From a virus (lineage: Duplodnaviria; Caudoviricetes): a stretch of 46,096 bases of DNA. The translations under genes and the position numbers were made by a program. The stretch is taken from IMG/VR virus record IMGVR_UViG_3300030397_000415, positions 1 through 46,096 of that record; one strand, written 5' to 3'. The notes under the pieces are model-generated. The model did no database searches, was not told where the DNA came from, and saw only the letters and a list, made by a program, of their open reading frames with translations. This document shows positions 6,533 through 15,696 of this stretch, piece after piece; position 1 is the first letter of the stretch; the number at the start of each line of letters is the position of its first letter.

Positions 6533-9076
6533 TCACTCACATTCGTGCCGGCCAGTTTCTAGGTCGATGTAACACATAGAGTTAGCATCTTCCTCTTCTT
6601 CCGGCTCGACAGCTTCCATCATAGCGAACCGCTTGCCGCCAAGCTGGAACGTAGTACAGCCTTTGCACCCAGCTTTCCACGCATTGATGTACAGCTGTTT
6701 GAAGTCTTCCCACGGCATGTCCACGGGGACATTACAGGTCTTCGAGACCGCGCTATCGACATACTGATACGCGGTCGCCAGAACCGCCATATGCTCCTCG
6801 GCAGTGACCTTGTCGGCAGTCTTACCCTTCACTCCCCAAGTGCGGAAGCCATAGTCTTGGAGCTTGTGCTGCTCAGGACCCTCGAACGTCTGTACAGTGC
6901 GATCAACCTCTAAGGCGAATACCGGCTCGATGCCCGAAGAAACATTGTCGGCACAGAGGGAGATCGTCCCAGTAGGGGCGATGGAGGTCAGATGGCTGTT
7001 ACGGATACCGTGCTCGGCAATCCCTTGCTGAATGTCCAAGGGCAGCTCCATGATGAACTTGCCGGTTCGATAGGAAGAAGAATCAAAGAGAGGGAATGCT
7101 CCCTTCTCTTGGGCGAGTTGGATCGATGCACGGTAAGCTTCGTCCCGCAATGTACGGAGAACTTCAGCCTCGAACTCAAGGAAAGCTTTGCTTCCATAAG
7201 GGAAGCCCAAGACTTCACCAGCATTAGCTAGTCCGGTGATCCCGAGCCCCATGCGTCGCTTAGACTTCGCTTCTTTCTCCTGTTCGTAGAGAGGATAGAT
7301 AGTACGATCAATCACATTGTCCATCGCACGAACGACAGGAGCAATGTCTTTACGGAACTGATCCCAGTTGAAATCAGCCTTATATTGCCCCTGATAGTCA
7401 ATGATATACTTCGTCAGGTTGAAGGACCCAAGGAGGCAAGCACCGTACGGAGGTAGAGGTTGCTCCCCACAGTTGGCGACGAGAACGCCATCGTTGTCGC
7501 CGGTCGAGACGATGAAGCGATGGGTCGGATCATCGACCGTCCCGCAGTAGACGTCTTCCTGCTCTTCCAGCCACTCCACCGAAAGCACGCGGTGGTTGGC
7601 GTCCTTGATCCGCTTCTGTACAGTGTACTTCGAGCAACCGCACTCCTTGGCGATCTCCGCGTAACTCATACCAAGCTCGCGCATCTCAAGCATCTCCTCA
7701 GTATCCAGGTCGCTACGCCATCGGCCATTCCTCTCACCCTTCGTGCAATCAGGATCGAGAACCATCGGGTTGCGATGAGGGTGCGTTCGGAGAGGATTGC
7801 TGTCGCCGCGTTTGTGGTCCGACAGGTGCTTGCTCGCCTCGACCAGTTCGAGATTGCTGGGTCGGTTGTCGTCCCGAACATGGTTACGGTGGTGGGCGTG
7901 TACCAGACTACCTAGACCCTCGACGTTCTCGAACGGGACATGATGCTCCAGCGGATCGTGTTGTCCGTTCGTCAACCGCATGTATCCCTTCTGGTTCGCC
8001 TTGTAGCGGTAGACGCCCTTGAGTGCGTCTCCGGATCGAAGGTCCCTAGCCTCTTTCACAGTGCCGTCCTTCAAGAAGAACTTATGATTCGGCGTGCAAC
8101 GCACCGACGTCTGGTTGTCCAGTCGGACACGAACCAGCTTTGCGTTGCGCGAAGTTCGACGAATGTTCGACATCGTACGATAGACCGGCCGACCATCTTC
8201 GGACTCAGTCAGGACATCGACCGTCTGTCCGACTAGTTCGTCGAAACGAACATGGCCGTGCTCCGCAGTCCAGACCTTCGTATCGCCTGTGAAGCAAGGG
8301 TTGGTTGCGACAATCGTCTCAGCATACCAGAGATTATTCTGCGAGTTGATCGTATCGATGAAGAGGACACCCGGCTCGGCCCAATCCCAAGTCGAGCGCA
8401 TGAGTGCTTCCCACAACGCTTTGGGATCCACAGTGTCCCAGACCTGGCCCTGCCACTTTAGATCAAACGGTTGATCGTTCTCTAGGCAGCGCATGAACTC
8501 ATCGGTCACGCCAACACTGATGTTGAATCCGGTGAGTTGGTCGTGGTTCTGCTTGGCACGGATGAACTCCATGATGTCGGGATGATCGATACGCATCACT
8601 CCCATTTGAGCTCCACGACGATGGCCGGAAGATGCAATGCATCGGCAGATCTCGTTGAAGATCTTCATGAACTCAACCGGACCGGAAGATTGGCTGTTCA
8701 ACTTCTTGATCGTAGCGCCACGAGGACGCAGAGTGCTGAAATCATACCCAATACCGCCACCCATGCGCATGGTCGCCGCAGCTTCCTTAGCGCGGTCCAT
8801 GATACAGCCGTGTCCATCCACGAAACTGTCCTCAATCGTACCAGATACGAAACAGTTGTACGCTGTGACCGCCTTTGGGCTTCCCGCTGCACTCTGTACT
8901 CGCCCTGCGGCGAGGAACCTCATGTCCGAGATGATCTCTCGGTATTCCTCGTAGTGTTCTGAATCATCCGTTAGGGCTGCGGCCTGACGATTCATAGCTT
9001 CGCGGAACGATTCATTACGTCCGCGATACTTAGTGGAGTGGAGTTGATCTGCTGCTTGAGTTTCAGGTCCGGTCAT
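6533..9076 (-). CDS. nrdJ: Class II (adenosylcobalamin-dependent) ribonucleotide reductase, intein-containing
   Basis: AGR, NCFV, GGGIGYDFSTLRPRG, RRGAQM, NP[intein]CGE, CLLGS, RRMGLG, APTGTIS, AVSKT, GCKGCT and C-terminal Cys pair; no adjacent beta-subunit gene. ATG 9076 chosen because the ORF-track extension runs through a terminator hairpin. Confidence 0.92.
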   Translation of the reverse strand: MTGPETQAADQLHSTKYRGRNESFREAMNRQAAALTDDSEHYEEYREIISDMRFLAAGRVQSAAGSPKAVTAYNCFVSGTIEDSFVDGHGCIMDRAKEAAATMRMGGGIGYDFSTLRPRGATIKKLNSQSSGPVEFMKIFNEICRCIASSGHRRGAQMGVMRIDHPDIMEFIRAKQNHDQLTGFNISVGVTDEFMRCLENDQPFDLKWQGQVWDTVDPKALWEALMRSTWDWAEPGVLFIDTINSQNNLWYAETIVATNPCFTGDTKVWTAEHGHVRFDELVGQTVDVLTESEDGRPVYRTMSNIRRTSRNAKLVRVRLDNQTSVRCTPNHKFFLKDGTVKEARDLRSGDALKGVYRYKANQKGYMRLTNGQHDPLEHHVPFENVEGLGSLVHAHHRNHVRDDNRPSNLELVEASKHLSDHKRGDSNPLRTHPHRNPMVLDPDCTKGERNGRWRSDLDTEEMLEMRELGMSYAEIAKECGCSKYTVQKRIKDANHRVLSVEWLEEQEDVYCGTVDDPTHRFIVSTGDNDGVLVANCGEQPLPPYGACLLGSFNLTKYIIDYQGQYKADFNWDQFRKDIAPVVRAMDNVIDRTIYPLYEQEKEAKSKRRMGLGITGLANAGEVLGFPYGSKAFLEFEAEVLRTLRDEAYRASIQLAQEKGAFPLFDSSSYRTGKFIMELPLDIQQGIAEHGIRNSHLTSIAPTGTISLCADNVSSGIEPVFALEVDRTVQTFEGPEQHKLQDYGFRTWGVKGKTADKVTAEEHMAVLATAYQYVDSAVSKTCNVPVDMPWEDFKQLYINAWKAGCKGCTTFQLGGKRFAMMEAVEPEEEEDANSMCYIDLETGRHECE
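7472..8296 (-). mobile_element. Intein (275 aa) with HNH endonuclease and HTH, inserted in the RNR NPCGE active-site motif
   Basis: Starts CFTGDT, block B CTPNHKF, HAHHRNHVRDDNRPSNLELV (HNH), GMSYAEIAKECGCSKYTV (HTH), block F DVYCGTV, ends VLVAN before +1 Cys; removal restores TNPCGEQ. Confidence 0.93.
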
Positions 9077-9090
9077 ATTTAGATTGGGGA

Positions 9091-9130
9091 CAAAAAGGAG
9101 ACCCAGCTGCGGGGATGACAACTGGGTCTC
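9091..9130 (-). terminator. Intrinsic terminator
   Basis: Minus strand GAGACCCAGTTGT-CATCCCC-GCAGCTGGGTCTC-CTTTTTG: 13-bp stem (with G-U pairs) plus U-tract just after the 282-aa gene. Confidence 0.75.
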
Positions 9131-9150
9131 GGGGCTACGAGGATAGGAGG

Positions 9151-9999
9151 CTATTCGCCAGAAAAGACTTCGTCTTGGTTGATTTCTTCGTACTCGGCAT
9201 CGACGGGCGCTTCCTCTTCAGCAATGATACGCTCGCCAGATTGGAATGACAAGTACAATTTGTGACCTGCCGCAAGAATCGGATGCTCCAGATCGGTGAT
9301 CAGAGAACCTTCCGCCAGCGCGGGGCGGATACGATAGTTGAACGAGGTGCCCTTCGGGCGAGTCTCGCTAACCGTAGTGATATGGAAGCGATGAGCGAAC
9401 AGCGGTGCCCCTTTGGGAGCGTAGAGCTTGATCGGCGTCGCCAGCTCCTTCTTGAAAGGAGTCATGTTCGTAGACTTGAAAGGAAGGGTCACGAAGTCCT
9501 TGTACTGAGTACACTCCGCATCTTCACAAATGATGCCCACAACGTAGACAGAAGGGACCAGACTAGTGTTGCCGTGCTCCGGATGCTTGACATCGAAACC
9601 TCCGAAGACTTTGTCGGGGTTGAAGCCAACTTCGCGGAGGTAGGGGTGCTCAGCGTCCCACGGATAGCGGGCGACAATGCCGCCACCTTCTTCGCGAAGC
9701 TTCCATTGGAGGACTTCCTTGCGGATGGCGCAAGGGACAAAGTAGAAACCTTCTTCGCCGTCAATGAGCTCTTGGGACAGACTGTGACAGAACTGACCGG
9801 GCGATGCGCCCTTGATTTTCTTTTCCGGCTTTGCACCGGTAACTTCGGGGGACAGACCTTGCAAGATCGACAAGAACGGAATGACGACGTCATCGGCACT
9901 GATACTTTCAGTTCCAGCAGAGCTGTATTGTCCGTAATCGACTTGTTGGGAAACTGCGGTGTTGGTGTTGCGCGTAGCGACTGATTTAGATTTTGACAT
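9151..9999 (-). CDS. Putative single-stranded DNA-binding protein
   Basis: DDVVIPFLSILQGLSPEV..GASPGQF pattern, acidic C-terminal tail, position between helicase and RNR as in similar siphophages. Confidence 0.6.
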   Translation of the reverse strand: MSKSKSVATRNTNTAVSQQVDYGQYSSAGTESISADDVVIPFLSILQGLSPEVTGAKPEKKIKGASPGQFCHSLSQELIDGEEGFYFVPCAIRKEVLQWKLREEGGGIVARYPWDAEHPYLREVGFNPDKVFGGFDVKHPEHGNTSLVPSVYVVGIICEDAECTQYKDFVTLPFKSTNMTPFKKELATPIKLYAPKGAPLFAHRFHITTVSETRPKGTSFNYRIRPALAEGSLITDLEHPILAAGHKLYLSFQSGERIIAEEEAPVDAEYEEINQDEVFSGE

Positions 10000-10004
10000 A
10001 TTAG

Positions 10005-10577
10005 TTAGAAGACCGAATCATCTTTCGGTTTTTCGAGTTTGGTCTCTGAGTATACACTGATCCCAAAGATGTCGGTAGGCGGAGTGACTCCTTCTTTCAG
10101 AGATTCTCTCACGAACTTCTTGAGAGTCTGAGGCTCCACTTTCACTTGGGAGGAAACGCTACCGGGGAATCGTTCTTGCATCTCCTGCTCAAGCTTGACA
10201 GCTTGCTCGCGGGACATGCGGGGGAAGTTGACAGAGACACTGGTCTTGATCAGGCCAGAGTGGCCATTCTCTTCCAGCCATTGGTAGACGGCAGGGCGAT
10301 TGGCGACGAGCGGCTTGGAATCCACATCGTCGCGGATTCGAACCTTATGTCCGTCGCTCGTAGTGAACTCCTCCACTCCGATGGACCTCATGTATTGAGG
10401 GATCTTCTCTTGGGAGATCTCGCGAACGCGGGCCTTCGCCTCCTTGAGATATTTCTCCAGTTGAGTAACCTCATTCTCAGCCGAGACCAAAGACTTGATC
10501 AATTTGCCAAGTTGAGTGAACTCTTCTTGGGTAGGGGGAGTGACAGTATTGAACTGACTATAATCGGGGACTTCCAT
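10005..10577 (-). CDS. Conserved phage replication-module protein
   Basis: Coiled coil, then IP..M...G...F, WLEENGHSGLIK and VEPQTLKKFVRE motifs; co-oriented with helicase and SSB-like gene. Confidence 0.65.
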   Translation of the reverse strand: MEVPDYSQFNTVTPPTQEEFTQLGKLIKSLVSAENEVTQLEKYLKEAKARVREISQEKIPQYMRSIGVEEFTTSDGHKVRIRDDVDSKPLVANRPAVYQWLEENGHSGLIKTSVSVNFPRMSREQAVKLEQEMQERFPGSVSSQVKVEPQTLKKFVRESLKEGVTPPTDIFGISVYSETKLEKPKDDSVF

Positions 10578-10593
10578 AACGATATGATACCCT

Positions 10594-12063
10594 CTAAATC
10601 CACTTTTCCAAAGGATCTTTCATCACAACTGCCGCAACGTCTCGCTTATTACGGTGGGCATCGATGATCTTCTCATCAATGCTGTCGAGACCACAAAGGT
10701 AGATGTATAGTACGTTGTTCTTCTGACCGATGCGGTGGTTGCGATCTTGAGACTGGAGATGGGGCCCTAGTCGGTGGGTCATATTATAGTAGATGGTCGT
10801 GTTCGCCACCGTCAGGGTTAGTCCGGTTCCGGCGACCGACTCTTTCCCAAGAAAGACTTGGGCCTCTCCTGCTAGGAACGCTCGCTTGGACTCGGCTCGC
10901 TCTTGCTCGTTGGTCCGGCCATCGTAGCGGACGACAGAGTATCCTTCAGCCGTCAAGACCTTCTGGATGGAGTCGATGTCGAAGTCGTACTTCGCGAAGA
11001 TGATAACCTGACCGTGAACTGATTCCATCTCTTCCATCAGCAGCTTGATCCGAGGATTCTTCTTGGGATCAGGATGGATAGGCTTGAGATCCTCCTCGTA
11101 ATCGGACGGCAGGTATCCCGAGCAAATCTGCTGGAAGCGAGTGATCCTCTGGATGGCGAGCTCAGCGGTTGTGAGCGAACCATCTCCGTGCTCCACGAAG
11201 AACTGTTTCTTGAGCTGAGCATACAGACTTCGCTGAGTTGAATCTAGCTCAAAGTAGCTCGACCGGTAGAGCTTCTCCGGAAGATCGAGGACATCCTTCT
11301 TGAGAAGTCGGGACCCTACATTATTGACGTATTGGCTGAGGATGTCGAGATTACGGAACCCAATGAGTTTCTCGAAGTGGGTACGGAACCCCTGCGGCTG
11401 CTTGAGCCTGATCTTCTCGAAGACTCCGAACATCGTACGGAACGATGCGGGCGAAGTGATGCCGAGCGGCTTCCAATACTCTTTATCTAGGAACCGAATC
11501 TGAGCGAACACATCGAACGGGCTGTCGTCCACCGGGGTGCCCGTCAAGATCCTACGAAACGGAGCATATTGACTGCTCGCTTGGATTCTCATCGTCCGCT
11601 TGGATCCGGGAGTCTTGATGTACTGGCTCTCGTCCAACACGTACATAGACCGGTTGTTCTTGAGAAACCATTTGGCCGCTTCCGCCCCCTCCTTAGTCAT
11701 CATCGCAGGATAGGTCATCAGCAGTGTTTTGAAGCTAGCAGGAGATTCTTGGAACACTCGCCACGCTTTTTTGTAGTACTGAGTGCCTTTCTTGTTTGTC
11801 TGCCATAAAAAACTTTCATGCTGCTCTTGGGTGGAGTCCCAAATGTGGGTTGGGATCTCATCTACGGACCAATTGTGGTGTACTCCCGGAGGCGCCAACA
11901 CCAGCATTCCGTCCAACTCACCAACCGAGTGTAAATGGCAAGCGGAGTCGAGTGTGGGCTTGGTTTTGCCGAGTCCCATCTCCCAAAACAAGGCTCTAAT
12001 CGGAGCCTCTTTACTTTGCTCAAACTCTTCAAGCTGGTGCGGATAGGGGGTCGTTTTGAACAT
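10594..12063 (-). CDS. SNF2-family helicase
   Basis: PYPHQ, EMGLGKT (Walker A), VLDES (Walker B), LTGTP, YDG, GLTLT, QSQDRNHRIGQ. ATG 12063 chosen. Confidence 0.92.
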   Translation of the reverse strand: MFKTTPYPHQLEEFEQSKEAPIRALFWEMGLGKTKPTLDSACHLHSVGELDGMLVLAPPGVHHNWSVDEIPTHIWDSTQEQHESFLWQTNKKGTQYYKKAWRVFQESPASFKTLLMTYPAMMTKEGAEAAKWFLKNNRSMYVLDESQYIKTPGSKRTMRIQASSQYAPFRRILTGTPVDDSPFDVFAQIRFLDKEYWKPLGITSPASFRTMFGVFEKIRLKQPQGFRTHFEKLIGFRNLDILSQYVNNVGSRLLKKDVLDLPEKLYRSSYFELDSTQRSLYAQLKKQFFVEHGDGSLTTAELAIQRITRFQQICSGYLPSDYEEDLKPIHPDPKKNPRIKLLMEEMESVHGQVIIFAKYDFDIDSIQKVLTAEGYSVVRYDGRTNEQERAESKRAFLAGEAQVFLGKESVAGTGLTLTVANTTIYYNMTHRLGPHLQSQDRNHRIGQKNNVLYIYLCGLDSIDEKIIDAHRNKRDVAAVVMKDPLEKWI

Positions 12064-12260
12064 ATCGTCGTTTTTAGACTCTCTGAGGATTTTACACTCG
12101 GTACACTCGGTTCTTAAGTTAACTCCCGTAGTTTGAAGAAGTAGAGAATTATATAAGAAATACGCGGGCGCGCGAGTAGGCGAGTGTGCGTGCGCGATAT
12201 ATGTATAGACAAGATTCATTCTAGCCCGCTCTTGGGATCAGAGGGTATGATTCATTCATC
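12064..12260. promoter_or_regulatory. Divergent intergenic region (promoters, possible origin-like element)
   Basis: Switch of coding strand; tandem TACACTCGG x2 (12093-12110); AT-rich tracts flanking CGCG/GCGC runs; -10-like TATGAT at 12246-12251. Confidence 0.45.
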
Positions 12261-12686
12261 ATGAAACACATTCTCGCAATTGTTCTTCTCTTGTCGTTCC
12301 TGCTTCCCGGATTCAGTCACGAGGTGTCCAGCCTTGAGCCGACCAGCGGAGCAGAGCGACTTCCCAACTTGACCTTTGGCGGAGAAGCTTATGGCTTCAC
12401 TTCGGGTGAGACCAGCCGCAAGTTCTTCGTCCAGACTTTCACTGACCGCACTGCCGAAGTTCGTGAGATGCTTACTGAGCCTGTCATGGACGGTGATACG
12501 ATGATCGTCGCTCCTGAGTTTGGTCCGATGATTCCTGGCTTCTTCCTGCAGTACAAGGACTTCTACGTCCTGATCGCCGATGGCTGGTTTGCCTATGGCT
12601 TCTACACTGGTGAGAAGTATGTCGGTCAGTGGGACTGCGGCGGCAGCGGCGGCTTCTTCAAGCTCTACCAGATCTCGGGCTGCTAG
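12261..12686 (+). CDS. Secreted hypothetical protein
   Basis: N-terminal signal peptide MKHILAIVLLLSFLLPGFS; aromatic beta-rich body. Confidence 0.7.
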   Translation: MKHILAIVLLLSFLLPGFSHEVSSLEPTSGAERLPNLTFGGEAYGFTSGETSRKFFVQTFTDRTAEVREMLTEPVMDGDTMIVAPEFGPMIPGFFLQYKDFYVLIADGWFAYGFYTGEKYVGQWDCGGSGGFFKLYQISGC

Positions 12687-12688
12687 AT

Positions 12689-13624
12689 ATGAATAGCACT
12701 CCTCTTTGTATTTACCACTCTAACTGCGCCGATGGTTTCGGAGCTGCTTGGTCTGTCTGGAAGTTTTTCAAGGGGGAGGTCGAACTCTATCCCGGCGTCT
12801 ATGGGGAAGATCCTCCTACCATGGACGGCCGGGATGTTATTCTAGTAGATTTCAGTTACAAGGCGGATGTTCTATATAGAGCGACACGCAAGGCTACTAG
12901 TGTTCTAGTTCTGGATCACCATAAGAGTGCTTTAGAAGATCTAGAAAGTGTTTGGTCTAAAGCCCACCGAGGTGAAAGACTGGAACCTTCTGGATGGGAA
13001 CACCATATCACTAATGCCTATCAGGATAGATGTGAAGGTATTCCAGTACAGATTTATTGTGTATTCGATATGAATCGATCCGGAGCTGGGATGTCATGGG
13101 ACTTTTTCTTTCCTCAGTCGAATCGCCCAAAACTTATTGATCACATCGAAGATAGAGATTTATGGCGATTCCAAATTCCAGGTACACGTCAAATTCAAGC
13201 ATGCTTATTTTCCTACCCATATGATATCGCTATATGGGATACTCTCATGGAAGAGAGCAATTTTCCTACAGGCTTATCAGGAATGGAGGCAGAAGGACAA
13301 GCGATCGAACGCAAGCACCATAAAGACATCGCAGAACTTCTCAATATTTGTGCCAGACCTATGGTCATCGGAGGACATAAGGTACAAGTTGCATCACTCC
13401 CATATACCCTGACTTCTGATGCTGGAGCAGTTATGTCGAAAGATGCTAAATTCGCAGCCTGCTACTGGGATACAGAGACACATCGAATCTTCTCGCTCCG
13501 CTCCGAAGAAGGGGGTACTGAAGCTCTAGATGTTTCCGTGATTGCTGTAATGTACGGGGGTGGAGGACATAAACACGCTGCTGGATTTCAAGTTCCCAGG
13601 AACCACGAGCTAGCTCAAGCCTGA
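12689..13624 (+). CDS. DHH/DHHA1 phosphoesterase
   Basis: IYHSNCADG, VDFS, LDHH, IEDRDLW, FSLRS, GGGGHKHAAGF. ATG 12689 chosen. Confidence 0.9.
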   Translation: MNSTPLCIYHSNCADGFGAAWSVWKFFKGEVELYPGVYGEDPPTMDGRDVILVDFSYKADVLYRATRKATSVLVLDHHKSALEDLESVWSKAHRGERLEPSGWEHHITNAYQDRCEGIPVQIYCVFDMNRSGAGMSWDFFFPQSNRPKLIDHIEDRDLWRFQIPGTRQIQACLFSYPYDIAIWDTLMEESNFPTGLSGMEAEGQAIERKHHKDIAELLNICARPMVIGGHKVQVASLPYTLTSDAGAVMSKDAKFAACYWDTETHRIFSLRSEEGGTEALDVSVIAVMYGGGGHKHAAGFQVPRNHELAQA

Positions 13625-13911
13625 TGGATTACTTGAACGTAACGACTACGGATATTCAAGCAGCAGCTAACGATGGAGACCCTGATCTCGTCAATGCTCA
13701 ATCTTGCCCGATCGCGCAAGCTTTGCGAAGAAGGCTTAAGATTGATGCACATTCCATCTGGGTCGGTAAAGAAACATTCACCTTCGACAAGTGGGCTACT
13801 GAATACGAGCTTCCTCAGAAGGCAAAAGTCTTCATTAGAAAATGGGATGATTCAGAGCACGTCGAACCTTTCTATTTCAAGCTAGAGAAGATTGAAGATG
13901 AGTCAGTTTAG
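13624..13911 (+). CDS. Hypothetical protein
   Basis: TGATG coupling to the DHH gene; CPIAQAL motif. Confidence 0.65.
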   Translation: MDYLNVTTTDIQAAANDGDPDLVNAQSCPIAQALRRRLKIDAHSIWVGKETFTFDKWATEYELPQKAKVFIRKWDDSEHVEPFYFKLEKIEDESV

Positions 13912-14893
13912 GAAATACGATCATCTCGAGAGATATGGGCATTCGGACGTTGCCGATATCGAGATCGGTCGAGTCCATATCTTTCCCAAGATGGATGGAT
14001 CAAATGGCAGCGTGTGGGTAGATGGTCCCGAAGATGACTACATGGCTCAGGAGATCAAAGCTGCTAGTCGTCGGCGGGTGGTTTCACTTGAAGCGGACAA
14101 TCAGGAATTCCAGGTGTGGGTCAACGATAATGCCGACATGCTTTGGAACGTCTTCTGTGACGAGCCCTATTGGATTCTCTACGGAGAGTGGATGGTTCCT
14201 CATACGATCAAGAATTATCGTCCCGAAGTATGGAAGAAGTTCCTCGTTTTCGACGTCTGGTGTAGGGATAAAGGACGATACGTTCCGTTCGAGGAATACG
14301 ATCCTATCCTCCGACATCACGGGGTTGACGTTGTTGAGCCTTTGTGCATCATTAACAACCCTTCCGAGGATCAGCTCCAGACTCAGGTCAACGTCAATAC
14401 TTATTTCATGCTCGACGGAGCCGGGCCTGGTGAAGGTATTGTCATCAAGAATTACGAGTGGCAGAATCGCCACGGACGCCAGCCTTGGGCGAAGATCGTT
14501 CGTAATCATTTCAAGGAAGAGGCCAGGAGAGCCCATGGGACGACGGAGAAAGATGGACCCTACCGTGTAGAGTGTGACATTGCAGAGCGATACTGTACAC
14601 CTGAGCTCGTCCAGAAGACCCACGCGAAGATCCTCGTAGAGATCGCGAATAGGGAGGGAATATGCTTAATCTCGGGTGCGGTAGAAAAAGGAGAAGATAT
14701 TTTCCTAAAGTCTTTTCAGGAGAACCACCGAAAAGAACTTATCCCGAGGCTGCTTGGAACTATCTTTCACGAGGTGATCCAAGAACACGCTTGGGATTTC
14801 GTTCGCAAGTACAAGAACCCAACAGTAGATTTCAAGTTGCTGCAGAAGCACTGTCAACGTCTCACGAAACTCTATACTCCGGAGCTGTTTTGA
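13898..14893 (+). CDS. RNA ligase (Rnl2-like nucleotidyltransferase)
   Basis: Motif I PKMDGSN, SRRR, LYGEW, FLVFDV, EGIVIK, WAKIV. Confidence 0.82.
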   Translation: MSQFRKYDHLERYGHSDVADIEIGRVHIFPKMDGSNGSVWVDGPEDDYMAQEIKAASRRRVVSLEADNQEFQVWVNDNADMLWNVFCDEPYWILYGEWMVPHTIKNYRPEVWKKFLVFDVWCRDKGRYVPFEEYDPILRHHGVDVVEPLCIINNPSEDQLQTQVNVNTYFMLDGAGPGEGIVIKNYEWQNRHGRQPWAKIVRNHFKEEARRAHGTTEKDGPYRVECDIAERYCTPELVQKTHAKILVEIANREGICLISGAVEKGEDIFLKSFQENHRKELIPRLLGTIFHEVIQEHAWDFVRKYKNPTVDFKLLQKHCQRLTKLYTPELF

Positions 14894-15219
14894 AGTCCAT
14901 CTACACACGACAAGCAGATAAGGAAGTAGCGAAAACCGTTACTATCATGTACTTGTCGTCTTTAGTGGTGATTGTCTTAGGTGTCTGGATTGCAGGGTAT
15001 TCCTTTCATCTAGAGAACTGGAAGAGTACTCCTGGGTTCATTACAGGTGTTGTTGTGGTTGCAGTGGGAGTGTTGCTTGCAATCAGTACATCTGCCTTTA
15101 TATTTGAGGGAGGATACGACCGTGCTATCAAGGAGAAAGCAGAACAATATGAAGAAGAGGATCGCATTCTTGCTGCTCGTGAGTCTGCTGGCTTCGTGCC
15201 AGCCTCTGAGAAGGAATAG
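14890..15219 (+). CDS. Two-TM membrane protein
   Basis: TTG 14890 overlapping the ligase stop; two hydrophobic segments and a charged C-terminal tail. Confidence 0.55.
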   Translation: MKSIYTRQADKEVAKTVTIMYLSSLVVIVLGVWIAGYSFHLENWKSTPGFITGVVVVAVGVLLAISTSAFIFEGGYDRAIKEKAEQYEEEDRILAARESAGFVPASEKE

Positions 15220-15283
15220 CTTCATGGTTACGAACCAGGGGGTATACTACTTTGGTCGCCACGTTACCATCATTCCAGATTGA
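15149..15283 (+). CDS. Small lipoprotein (44 aa)
   Basis: MKKRIAFLLLVSLLASC lipobox; AAGGAG upstream; stop coupled to the next ATG (TGATG). Confidence 0.55.
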   Translation: MKKRIAFLLLVSLLASCQPLRRNSFMVTNQGVYYFGRHVTIIPD

Positions 15284-15696
15284 TGCAGACATTCCTACCC
15301 TATCCGAATTTCAAGAGATCTGCCCAAGTGCTCGACATGCGTCGCCTTGGTAAGCAGCGTGTTGAAGTGATGCAGATCCTCAAGGCTCTTTGTGAGGGTG
15401 GAGGCTGGTCGAACCATCCTGCCGTCAAGATGTGGGAAGGCTGTGAAAGCTATCTCGCAGGCTACGGCATGGCTATCTGTGGTGAGTGGCGAGATAGAGG
15501 ATACAAGGATACTTGTCTCGAGAAGATCTCCATATATTTCGATCCTCTCAGCTTCCCGAAGCCTTTCTGGTATGGTGACGAAGACTTCCACGCCAGCCAT
15601 AGATCGAATCTCTTGCGTAAAGATCCCGAACACTATGGACAGTTCGGCTGGACCGAACCTCACGACCTAGAATACGTATGGCCGACAAAGAAGTAG
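15283..15696 (+). CDS. Pyrimidine dimer DNA glycosylase / endonuclease V family (MSMEG_6728-like)
   Basis: MQTFLPY, RLGKQRVE, WSNHPAVKMW, HASHRSNLLRKDP. Confidence 0.85.
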   Translation: MQTFLPYPNFKRSAQVLDMRRLGKQRVEVMQILKALCEGGGWSNHPAVKMWEGCESYLAGYGMAICGEWRDRGYKDTCLEKISIYFDPLSFPKPFWYGDEDFHASHRSNLLRKDPEHYGQFGWTEPHDLEYVWPTKK

